Below, piece by piece: positions 37,788 to 46,664 of a stretch of DNA of 64,000 nt (positions are counted from its first letter, which is position 1; each line of letters starts with the position of its first letter). The position numbers were made by a program, and so were the translations under genes. Below the pieces are notes generated by a model. It ran no database searches, was not told the origin of the DNA, and saw nothing but the letters and a program-made list of their open reading frames with translations. Source of the DNA: Acidobacteriota bacterium (GTDB lineage: Bacteria > Acidobacteriota > UBA890 > WLXD01); contig CBDBHB010000006.1 of assembly GCA_965205505.1 (NCBI GenBank), forward strand, positions 288,001-352,000, in the 5' to 3' direction.

Positions 37788-38968
37788 GACTTCTTCCTCG
37801 CGGGATCGAAGAACGGTGTCTTGACAACCTTCGCGGGAACCGTGCGACGTATCGCCTCGACCGTCATCTCGATGTCGAGCGTGCCGCCCAGCGCCGCGTG
37901 CTGGGGCTTGACCCGGGCGAGCGCGATGTACTTCTTGAGCGTCGGCGACCAGGTGCCGCTGGTGGCCTTGCCCACCTGCCGGCCGCCCACGTACACCGGC
38001 ACGGCCGTGCTCCACGCTTCCCAGGGAAGCTGCAGCGGCATACCGAACTCGGCGTAGATTGCCTCCAGTGCGAGGACGTCGATTTCCACCCCGACCGTCT
38101 TCCACGCTGGCCCCCGAGCCCTCTCCTCGCTGAGCGCCTGCTGGCCGACGAAGAACGGCTTGTCGAGGTGCACCATCCAACCCAGGCCGAGCTCCAGCGG
38201 GGTCGACTTCTGGACGTCGAACATCGTCTTCCGGCAGGAGATGAAGTCGACCTCAGACAACAGCAAACCGGCCTCGACGCGCACCATCTCGAGCGCCAGC
38301 GTGCCGGCCGGCTTGATCGCGTAGCTGCGGCCCCGATCCATCAACACGTCCCACACGTGTTCGGCATCGTCGGGGTCGATCCAGACCTCGTAGCCGAGGT
38401 CGCCGGTGTAGCCGGTGCGCGTCACCGTCACCCGGGCGTTGCCGATGCCGGTCTGGGTGGCGCGGAAGTACCCGAGTCGCGATAGGTCCGTGCTTGCGGC
38501 AGCCTGCAGGAGGTCGCGTGACGTCGGGCCCTGCAGCGCCAGCGCCGCGAGCGACTCGGACACGTCTTCCACCTGGACATCCATGCCGTAGCCGTTGTCT
38601 TGTAGCCACGCCAAGCTCGGGTCGGCAGTGGTCAGCCGATAGAAGTTGTCTCCCAGTCGCGCCAGCGCACCGTCGTCGATGATGTGGCCGGCGTCATCGC
38701 ACCAGGCCGCGTACATCACCTGCCCGACCACGCACCGGGTCACATCGCGCGTCAGCACCCTGTCGAGCAGCCGGATGGCGTCGGGTCCGTGAATATGGAA
38801 CTTGTACAGCGGCGAGACGTCGAAGAGCCCCGTCGCCATGCGCACGGCGTGGTACTCGTGGGTGTGCTCGAGCTCGTACATGGCGGCCGACTGGTAGCCC
38901 GCCCACTCGACCCAGCTGTTGCTGACGCACAACGGCGCGGTCCTCGAATGAAAGGGTGTCGGTAGCAT
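37784..38968 (-). CDS. Aminomethyltransferase (GcvT/folate-binding family)
   Basis: TPFHSR, GLFDVSPL, ALQGP, TRTGYTGDLGYE, RVEAGL, TSGTWSPTLKK, PFFDP. GGAG RBS. Confidence 0.92.
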   Translation of the reverse strand: MLPTPFHSRTAPLCVSNSWVEWAGYQSAAMYELEHTHEYHAVRMATGLFDVSPLYKFHIHGPDAIRLLDRVLTRDVTRCVVGQVMYAAWCDDAGHIIDDGALARLGDNFYRLTTADPSLAWLQDNGYGMDVQVEDVSESLAALALQGPTSRDLLQAAASTDLSRLGYFRATQTGIGNARVTVTRTGYTGDLGYEVWIDPDDAEHVWDVLMDRGRSYAIKPAGTLALEMVRVEAGLLLSEVDFISCRKTMFDVQKSTPLELGLGWMVHLDKPFFVGQQALSEERARGPAWKTVGVEIDVLALEAIYAEFGMPLQLPWEAWSTAVPVYVGGRQVGKATSGTWSPTLKKYIALARVKPQHAALGGTLDIEMTVEAIRRTVPAKVVKTPFFDPARKKS

Positions 38969-38997
38969 TGTTTGCTCCTGTTTCTCTCGACGAGCGT

Positions 38998-39276
38998 CTA
39001 GCAGGCCGTGGTGAAAGTGTGGTGGGTCTGGTTACGGCGAGTTGGGGCCAGATGCAAGGCGGCCTGACACTGGCGATGCCCTAGCCATCGTCGAGGAAGG
39101 CCAACGCCGCAGATGGCCCCAAATCGCCGTAACCCTTCGGGCGACAGGGGGTTGCGCGCGTGTGCTGCGTCGTTCCTCGTCAACGATGGGGGTACCATCG
39201 CCTCCTCCTCTCTCCTTGCCTCCACCTCGCAAGACCTTGTCGCCAGACCCACCACACTTTCACCACGGCCTGCTAG
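38998..39276. mobile_element. Non-autonomous MITE-like element A (279 bp) with 34-bp perfect terminal inverted repeats ending in CTAG
   Basis: Left ctagcaggccgtggtgaaagtgtggtgggtctgg (38998-39031) is the exact reverse complement of 39243-39276. Two long internal hairpins. Intergenic within an operon. Confidence 0.85.
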
Positions 39277-39302
39277 TCCGATCGACGCCCTGCGGCGTCG
39301 CG

Positions 39303-41432
39303 TCAGGTGTCCCGTTCAGTCAGGCTCGCGCGCGCTCGGGGAACGACGAGAGCGTCCACTGCTACGCAGCCGCCAGGGCCGGCGATCAACGGGTTGATGT
39401 CGAGTCCGTCGATGAGATCACCCAGATCCACGGCGAGCACCGAGAGTCGCACGAGGGCGTCGACGACCGCGCGGGTATCGGCGGGCGACGCTCCGCGGAC
39501 GCCAGACAGCAGCCGTCGGGCAGCTAGGCCGTTCAGCAGCCGCTCGGCACGTGGCGCGTCTAGTGGCGGGAGTGCGAACGAGCGGTCACAGACGATCTCC
39601 ACCAGCACCCCGCCGGTGGCCGCCATCACCAGTGGGCCAAACTGAGCGTCGCGCACGATCCCCAGCGCCAACTCCACGCCGGCGGGAGCCATCTTCTGCA
39701 CCAACACCGGAGGGCCGAGCCGCTCGATGAGCCCGTTGCACGCGCTTTCGAAAGCCGCCGGGTTGTCGAGCCCTAAGATGACACCGCCTACGTCCGACTT
39801 GTGCGCCACTCCGGGCGCCGCGGTCTTGAGCGCTATTGGCCATCCGAAGCGCTCCGCCGCCGCGGCGGCGTCCGCGGTGCTGTCGGCCGTTTCTCCCTCG
39901 ATGGTCGGGAGACCGTAGTCGCTCAACAGCGCCAGCCCTTCCCGCTCACTCCAGCGAGCGCTATCGCTCAGTCGTCGGCGCCAGCGGTCGCGCACTTCCG
40001 CCGCGACCGGCGCCGGGGATGTGAAGCTCGGCAGCGCTGCGAAGTCGCGGCGATCGAACAACGCCCGGAAGGCTCGCAGCCCGGTAGCCGTACCCTCGAG
40101 CAACGGGACGCCGGCGTTGCGTATCAGCTCGGCCGACACCGCCGGTATCGCCGCTGGCAGGTTGCTCAAGACAGCCACCGGCTTGTCCGTCTCGGCGAAG
40201 ATCTCCGCCGCCATCCGATCGTAGAATTGCCCCGCGTCGTGGATGTAGTCTGCGAGGTCAATGACGAAGCCGAGGGCAGCGGTGTCAGGATCGGCAAGCA
40301 ACGCGCGCATGCACTCCATGAAGATCGTCTCGTAATTGGCTCCGGTGCCCCAGGCGTCGACCGGGTTCACGGCGGGCAGGCCGGGGTCCAGCACTGCCGC
40401 CAGCCGGCCCACGGTCTCGTCCGAGATCTGTGCCAGCGGCAGGCCCACGTCGGCGGCCACGTCGATGAGGTGGGCGCGTTCGCCTCCCGAGTCATGAACT
40501 GCCGCCAGCCCTCCCGGCGCCGCGCCACGGCCGCCGCTCAACAGCTCCAGCGTGTCGACCATTTCGTCGAGGTTGGCGACACGAATTACGCCGTACTCGC
40601 GGAACACGGCCTCGTAGGCTCCGTCCTCGCCGGCGAGCCCACCCGAATGCGCCACCACCAGCTCCTGCGCGAGCGGCTCGCGGCCGGTTTTCAGCACCAC
40701 TACCGGGATATCTTTCGCGTTCGCTAGCTGCAGCGCTTGGCGGAATCCCTGCGGATCACGGACCGTCTCCAGGAACATCGCGATCATGCCGGTCGATTCG
40801 AGCTCGAGCGCGTATTTCATGTAGTCGGCCACGGTCGTGGCCAGCTCCATACCAGTGGAAACCGCGAGGTTGAACTTCAACCCGCGCTGGTTGTGGGTCA
40901 TGGCGGTATAGGCCGAGCCCGAGTGGCTGAGCCAGGTGATCGGCCCGGCCTCCAGATCGGCGAGCTCCGGGTAGGCCAACGCCCGGAGCCCGTTCTCGAG
41001 GTTGAAGAAGCCCATCCCGTTGCCGCCGCAGACCGGCATTGCGTGCGCGCGTGCGATCTCGGACAGTCGCTGGGATAGCAGCGGCGCGCCCTCCTGCGGC
41101 TCTTCGTAACAACTGGCGAAGATCACCGCCGCGCCCGCGCCGCAGTCCGCGGCCAGTTGTAACTGGCCTTCGAGCAGCGAGTTCTTGACCCCGAGGATCA
41201 CCAGGTCGACCGCTTCCGGCAGGTGGTCGAGCGACGCGTAGCAGCGGAGTCCCTGCACCTCTTCGTAGCCCGGGTTGATCGGGTAGATGGGGCCCGTGAA
41301 GCCGCCGATCTTGAGCTCGGACACCATGGTGTAGCCGGCGGACCCGGGACGCTCGCTCGCTCCCACGATCGCCACGGATCGAGCGGTGAGCATGGGTGCA
41401 AGGTGCGGTTGAAGGGTGACGGTGTCCGACAT
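39303..41432 (-). CDS. Acetate-CoA ligase (ADP-forming)-family acyl-CoA synthetase, fused alpha/beta
   Basis: RSVAIVGAS, YPINP, AHSGGLAG, NPVD, HKSDVGGV, FGPLVM, LDINPL. Confidence 0.9.
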   Translation of the reverse strand: MSDTVTLQPHLAPMLTARSVAIVGASERPGSAGYTMVSELKIGGFTGPIYPINPGYEEVQGLRCYASLDHLPEAVDLVILGVKNSLLEGQLQLAADCGAGAAVIFASCYEEPQEGAPLLSQRLSEIARAHAMPVCGGNGMGFFNLENGLRALAYPELADLEAGPITWLSHSGSAYTAMTHNQRGLKFNLAVSTGMELATTVADYMKYALELESTGMIAMFLETVRDPQGFRQALQLANAKDIPVVVLKTGREPLAQELVVAHSGGLAGEDGAYEAVFREYGVIRVANLDEMVDTLELLSGGRGAAPGGLAAVHDSGGERAHLIDVAADVGLPLAQISDETVGRLAAVLDPGLPAVNPVDAWGTGANYETIFMECMRALLADPDTAALGFVIDLADYIHDAGQFYDRMAAEIFAETDKPVAVLSNLPAAIPAVSAELIRNAGVPLLEGTATGLRAFRALFDRRDFAALPSFTSPAPVAAEVRDRWRRRLSDSARWSEREGLALLSDYGLPTIEGETADSTADAAAAAERFGWPIALKTAAPGVAHKSDVGGVILGLDNPAAFESACNGLIERLGPPVLVQKMAPAGVELALGIVRDAQFGPLVMAATGGVLVEIVCDRSFALPPLDAPRAERLLNGLAARRLLSGVRGASPADTRAVVDALVRLSVLAVDLGDLIDGLDINPLIAGPGGCVAVDALVVPRARASLTERDT

Positions 41433-41509
41433 CACTCGAGCCGCCGTGAACCCGGCGCGCGATCGCAGCGATCGCGACGGTTCCTAGCGGCGGGTGTTGG
41501 AGTCTAAAA

Positions 41510-41525
41510 CTGACTGGTCATTCAG
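41510..41525. promoter_or_regulatory. Candidate TetR operator 1 (TGA(A/C)-N6-TTCA)
   Basis: cTGACtggtcaTTCAg upstream of the acyl-CoA synthetase operon. The same motif recurs at 41610, 48070 and 48179. Confidence 0.55.
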
Positions 41526-41608
41526 CCGCCGCAGACGATATCTCGCAGAACCCGGGAAGGAAAGACGTGCATGGTCTAGAATCACGGCATCGTTAGTTGA
41601 TCAACATC

Positions 41609-41624
41609 TTGAATAGGTGTTCAG
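41609..41624. promoter_or_regulatory. Candidate TetR operator 2
   Basis: tTGAAtaggtgTTCAg just upstream of the TetR start (autoregulation position). Confidence 0.6.
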
Positions 41625-41641
41625 TAACCTCCTGTGTAGGT

Positions 41642-42277
41642 ATGGCTCCACGACTCAAGATCAGCCGCAAGCGGCGCCAGGAGATCCTCGAGGCCGCGGT
41701 GGAGACGATTGTCGAGCGCGGCGTTTGCAAGGCGCGAATTGCCGACATCGCCGACCGCACGGGAACGAGCCCCGCTCTGGTGCTCTACTACTTCGAGTCG
41801 AAGGACCGACTGCTCACCGAGGCGTTGGCCCATGCGGAGGACCGCTTCTATCTGGCGATCTTTGCCGAGCTGACCACGCTGGAGAGCGCCAGCGAGAAGC
41901 TCGTGCGGCTCATCGAGCTCAGCTGCGGTCACGAAACCATGGCACCAGTGCTGCGCGACGACTTCGCCCTTTGGATCGAGCTGTGGTCGCGGGCGCTGCG
42001 CGACGACGCCGCCGCCAAGAAGCGGGCCGCGGGCGATCGTCGCTGGCGCGCCACGATTGCCGATATCGTCCGTGAGGGCGAGTCGGCTGGCGAGTTCGAT
42101 GCTGTCGACGTGGAGGACTTTGCCATGCACCTCGCCTGCCTCCTCGATGGCATCGCAGTGCAGCACGTGCTGGGGGACCCGGAGGCCGACTACGAGCGCG
42201 CCCGCCGGATCTGCGTCCGCATGGCGTCGGAGTCCCTTGGTTTCGGGGTCCCGGCGTTGGTGACGGCGGACGCCTGA
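41642..42277 (+). CDS. TetR family regulator, BetI-like
   Basis: RRQEILEAAVETI...IADIADRTGTSPALVLYYFESKDRLL HTH, LWIELWSRA, LACLLDGIAVQ. Confidence 0.92.
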   Translation: MAPRLKISRKRRQEILEAAVETIVERGVCKARIADIADRTGTSPALVLYYFESKDRLLTEALAHAEDRFYLAIFAELTTLESASEKLVRLIELSCGHETMAPVLRDDFALWIELWSRALRDDAAAKKRAAGDRRWRATIADIVREGESAGEFDAVDVEDFAMHLACLLDGIAVQHVLGDPEADYERARRICVRMASESLGFGVPALVTADA

Positions 42278-42371
42278 AGCCGTCGCGATCAAGGAGCTCC
42301 GGCGAGCGGGCGCGCACGATATTTGCCCTGCTCACTTGCGTCCGATGGGCGCAGTCGGCGAGGCTCCCGCG

Positions 42372-43633
42372 ATGGTCTTCCACCCTCGCGATCCTGCTTG
42401 GCGCCGCGGTGCTCTCAACCGCCGTGAACTGCTGCGCATCGTCGGTGGCGCTGGACTCAGTGCCAGCCTTGCCGGTTGCGGCTGCAGCGCCGGCGCTGCA
42501 GCCGACCGCCGGCGCGTCCTGATCGGGACACCGGAACACCCGGTTCGGCATCCGATATTCGATGACAACCCTCCGATCGACGGCGGCCTGGATATCGAGC
42601 CCGGCCCGTTGCGGATCTTCAACTGGGCCGACTACGTCCACATCCCGGTCTTGAACGCGTTTTCGGAGCGTTACGGCGTCGACTGGGAGTACACGACCTT
42701 CTACAACAACGAAGAAGCGATCCGTAAGCTGCGTACCAAAGCGGGCCGCTTCGACGTCTTTTTCCCGCCGGTCGAGCAGATACCCAAGTGCATAGCCGGT
42801 CAGCTGTTGCAGCCGCTCAACCACGCCTACCTGCCCAACCTCGCCAACGTGTGGCCGAGCCTAGTGAGCCCCTTCTACGATCAGGGAGCACGCTACACGG
42901 CTCCGTACTCGGTGTACCAAACAGGTATCGCCTGGCGGGCCGACATGGTCTCCCCTGACCTCGAGGCGTTGACCATCCGTGGCAGGTCTTCTGGGATCCT
43001 CAGTATTACGGGATCGCCGGCATGTACGACGACTACAAGGAGACCGTCGGGGTCGGCCTGTACGCCACCGGAACCAACGAAATCAACACCGCGGACCCGG
43101 CGCTGCTCGAGAAGGCCCGCCGCAAGCTGCTCGAGCTCATCGATCTGATCAACGTCCGCTTCACGATCGACGGTGTCTACGCCAAGATGCCGGAGCGTGG
43201 GTTCGCGCTGCATCATGCCTGGTCGGGCGATGTCGTTCAGTCGCGAGGCTACTTTCCCCGGGGTGAAGATCCGTCCGTGATGCGCTACTTCTGGCCGCCG
43301 CGGTCCGATCAGTCGAGCGCCGGCGGTATGGTTTCGGTGGAGTCCTTCGCCATCCCTCGCAACGCCGAGCATCCCGTGTTGGCGCATCACTTCATCAACT
43401 TCATGCTCGAGACCGCGAACGCCCTGAGCAACTTCGGATGGATCGGCAACCCACCGCCGCTGACGACGCTCAATCCGGAGACATTCGTGTCCGAGGGGCA
43501 CATACCACCGAACCTCGCTACTACGATCACCATCGAAGACGACTTTTCGATTGGCCAGCTGCCCCTTCAGCTGTCGCCTGAAGTCGAGATGGAATGGATG
43601 AAAGTTTGGGCGTCGGTTCAGTCAGGTGGCTAG
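42372..43633 (+). CDS. potD: Spermidine/putrescine ABC substrate-binding lipoprotein (Tat signal), split by a 1-bp frameshift at about 42975
   Basis: LNRRELL...LAGC Tat/lipobox, LRIFNWADY, LPNLANV, YTAPY, WSGD, AIPRNAEHPVLAHHFINFML. Inserting one A (acc a[a]t ccg) restores ...LTNPWQVFWDP... Confidence 0.85.
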
Positions 43634-44537
43634 CGCCGCTGACTTCTCGCGCAATCGAACGTGGTTGTGGCGAGCGCTTGCAGCTCCCGGGATCGCATGG
43701 TTGCTGCTCTTCTTCGTCACACCGTTCTACGCGTTGCTATCGGTGGCGATGGGACGCCTCGACCCGATCTTCAGCAGCGCCGAGCCGGTCTGGAACCCGA
43801 TCCACTGGAACCCCGCGATCTTCCCCGAGATACTGGGCGAGCTGTTCGGCGGCCGCCTGGGGGCGATCTTCATTCGCACGCTCGTCTATGTCGGCACAGC
43901 GTCCACGCTCTGTCTGCTGATCGGTTATCCGGTCGCGTACTACCTCGCGCGCCACGCGGGTCGCTGGCGAGGACTGCTACTCGGTCTGATCGTCGCCCCC
44001 TTCTGGATCAACTACCTGATGCGGATGATGGCCTGGCAGAACCTGTTGGCGGTCGATGGTTACGTGAACCGATTTCTGATGTTCATCAACGCGCTCGATG
44101 CCCCGCGCGCCTGGCTGGTGGGTCACCACGAGACGGTGATTCTGGGGCTCGTGTACGGCTATGTACCGTTCCTGATCCTGCCACTGTACGCCGCTCTCGA
44201 CCAGATCGACAGCAGCGTGTTCGAAGCGGCACGCGATCTCGGCGCCGGCCCGGTGCGCACCTTCCTGCACGTAACGTTGCCGCTGTCCAAACAGGGAGTG
44301 CTGGCCGGCGTCGTGATCATCATGCTGCCGCTGTTCGGCGACTACTACACGCCGAATCTCCTCTCGGGGTCACCGCGCACGCGAATGATCGGCAATGAGA
44401 TCGATCTGTTCATCAACAGCGGCGTCGGCGGTGCCACCGGAGCCGCGCTGACGGTGGTCTTGATGGCGTTCATTGCGCTGTTGATGGCCTACTATCTATT
44501 TACCGTCATGGGCGCGGCGCGCGACAGCCAACAGTGA
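43626..44537 (+). CDS. potB: Polyamine ABC transporter permease
   Basis: IGYPVAYYL, PFWINYLMR, YVPFLILPLY, EAARDLGA loop. Confidence 0.9.
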   Translation: MASAADFSRNRTWLWRALAAPGIAWLLLFFVTPFYALLSVAMGRLDPIFSSAEPVWNPIHWNPAIFPEILGELFGGRLGAIFIRTLVYVGTASTLCLLIGYPVAYYLARHAGRWRGLLLGLIVAPFWINYLMRMMAWQNLLAVDGYVNRFLMFINALDAPRAWLVGHHETVILGLVYGYVPFLILPLYAALDQIDSSVFEAARDLGAGPVRTFLHVTLPLSKQGVLAGVVIIMLPLFGDYYTPNLLSGSPRTRMIGNEIDLFINSGVGGATGAALTVVLMAFIALLMAYYLFTVMGAARDSQQ

Positions 44538-45403
44538 TCGGCCGGGTCATTCGCTGGTGGCGTGACCCGTGGGGTCAACCACGACTGTTGCAGCTGTTTG
44601 TCTGGGTCTACATTGCATGGTCGTTGTTGCCGGTGCTTATTGCCGTGCAATTCGGGTTCAATGCCGGCCGGTCGCGCAGCATCTGGCAGGGGTTATCGCT
44701 GCGCTGGTACTTCACCGATCCGACCCTGTCCGTCTGGAACGATGGGTCGCTGATAGCAGCGTTGACGCAAAGCCTCAAGCTCGCCGGGCTGACGATGCTG
44801 GTTGCCACGCCGCTCGGTGTGGCGCTGGCGCTCGGCCTTGCAAGGTGGAGGGGTCGCGGCTCGAAGCCCGCCAACTTCCTGCTGCTGCTGCCGATGGCGA
44901 CCCCCGAGCTGGTCATGGGCGTGTCGCTGCTCATGGTCTTCATCTACCTGTTTCCGTTCATTCAGCTCGGCACGTGGGCGCAGCTCATCGGCCATGTCAC
45001 ATTCACGATCTCGTACGTCGTCATAGTGGTACGCGGCCGCCTCTTCGCGATCGGCCGCGACTATGAAGAGGCGGCGATGGACCTCGGCGCGACCCCGGCG
45101 CAGGCAGTGCGCATGGTGCTGCTGCCGCTCATGGCGCCGGCGATCTTCGCCAGCCTGATGATCGCCTTCGCGGTGTCGATCGACGACTTCGTGATCAGCG
45201 CGTTCCTCTCCGGAGGCGCGGATTCGGCGACGATTCCTGTGCGTCTCTACAGCGCTGCGCGCCTGGCGCCGACGCCGGCGCTCAACGCGCTGGCCAGCAT
45301 CCTGCTGTTCCTGACCCTTCTCGCGGTGGCCGGCGCGGTGCTGGTCATGCGACGGTCGGGAGGCAGCGGATCGGCCGTCGACGAGTTCGCGCGGCTCAGC
45401 TGA
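44534..45403 (+). CDS. potC: Polyamine ABC transporter permease
   Basis: SLRWY, TPELVMG, EEAAMDLGA, FAVSIDDFVIS. Confidence 0.9.
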   Translation: MIGRVIRWWRDPWGQPRLLQLFVWVYIAWSLLPVLIAVQFGFNAGRSRSIWQGLSLRWYFTDPTLSVWNDGSLIAALTQSLKLAGLTMLVATPLGVALALGLARWRGRGSKPANFLLLLPMATPELVMGVSLLMVFIYLFPFIQLGTWAQLIGHVTFTISYVVIVVRGRLFAIGRDYEEAAMDLGATPAQAVRMVLLPLMAPAIFASLMIAFAVSIDDFVISAFLSGGADSATIPVRLYSAARLAPTPALNALASILLFLTLLAVAGAVLVMRRSGGSGSAVDEFARLS

Positions 45404-45500
45404 TATGTGCGGTGGTCCTCTGTGCGGCGGTGCCGGGCTCTCGATGCCCTGACTCCGGATGCTGCAGCAGCCGGGGCTACCGGGTCTGGTCGGGCGTCCT

Positions 45501-46600
45501 TCAGTCACTTCCCAGCACGCGCAGCGCTGACGATGCCAGGACTACCGACACGCGGCTGCCCCTCGAGTAGGCCATCGTGTCGCCATGATTGGTGATCATG
45601 GCTTGCACCGTCTGGCCGCCGTCGAGCTGAATGAACATCTGCGTGATCGAGCCCATGTAGACTAGGCGCTCGACCTCGCCGAGCAGCCGGTTCGGTCCCG
45701 GCCGGTCGGGGTTGCCGACCTCCAGCCGCTCCGGTCGAAGCATGATCTTCACTCGACCGCGGGCGTCGAGGTCGCCGCTCCCGGCAACCAGCTCGCTGTC
45801 GCCGATCGCCACCCGACAGCCGCCGTCTGGGTGGTCGCCCAGGGCCTCGCCGTCGATGACGTTCGATACCCCCAGGAAATCGGCCACGAAAGCGCTGGCC
45901 GGCTCTTCGTACACCTCGCGCGGCGGGCCCAGCTGGCGGATCGTGCCCTCGTGCATGACGCACATGCGGTCAGACAGTGCCAGCGCTTCCTCCTGATCGT
46001 GGGTGACGTAGACAAAGGTGATCCCGACGCGCTCCTGGATTCGCTTCAGCTCCACCCGCAGCGTTCTCTTGAGCTGGGCGTCGAGCGCGCCGAGCGGCTC
46101 GTCGAGCAACAGCACCGCGGGATCGAGCACCAACGCGCGGGCCAGGGCGACGCGTTGTTGCTGGCCGCCGGAAAGGCGCGTCGGCCGCCGATCGATCATG
46201 CCCTCCATCTGCACCAGCTCGAGCGCGTGCCGCACTCGCTCGCCGATCTCCGCTCTGGGGAGGCTTCGAAAGCGCAGCCCGAAGCCGACGTTTTCGCCCA
46301 CGTCGAGGTGGGGAAAGAGCGCATAGCTTTGAAAGACGGTGTTGACGTTGCGCTTGTGCGGCGGCGTCTCTGATAGATCTTCTCCGTCGAGGTAGATCTG
46401 GCCGGCGGTCGGTCGCTCGAAGCCGGCGACCAAGCGTAGCAAAGTGGTCTTCCCACACCCGGACGGTCCGAGGAGAGAAAGAACTCGCCCGGCGCCACCT
46501 CCAGGTCGACGTCGCGCACAGCGGTGAGGTCACCGTAGCGTTTGACTAGCCCGCTGAGACGCAGGTGGCCACCGTGTTCGCTGTCCTGCCCGACTGTCAA
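45501..46600 (-). CDS. potA: Polyamine ABC transporter ATP-binding protein, split by a 1-bp frameshift at about 46478
   Basis: Adding one T to the TTT run restores GEFFSLLGPSGCGKTTLLR. VFQSYALFPH, LSGGQQQRVALARAL, LLLDEP, TOBE-like C-terminus. Confidence 0.88.
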
Positions 46601-46664
46601 ACAGGCACCCTTGTGCCGGCTCGCCGTGCGGCCACCGGTGACCCCCGGCAGCTGCTTGTCGGAC

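Noticed and set aside
37788-38180. N-terminal extension making the COG1233 ORF 667 aa
   Set aside because: It overlaps the aminomethyltransferase in another frame. The GTG at 37787 with a GTGA overlap gives the expected length.
38998-39276. Short ORFs inside element A, and similarly inside element B
   Set aside because: There are no recognisable domains or RBS, and the palindromic structure explains the open frames. No transposase is present.
42960-46490. Programmed ribosomal frameshifting in the potD-like and potA-like genes
   Set aside because: No slippery heptamer or stimulatory structure was seen. Single-base homopolymer errors explain both.
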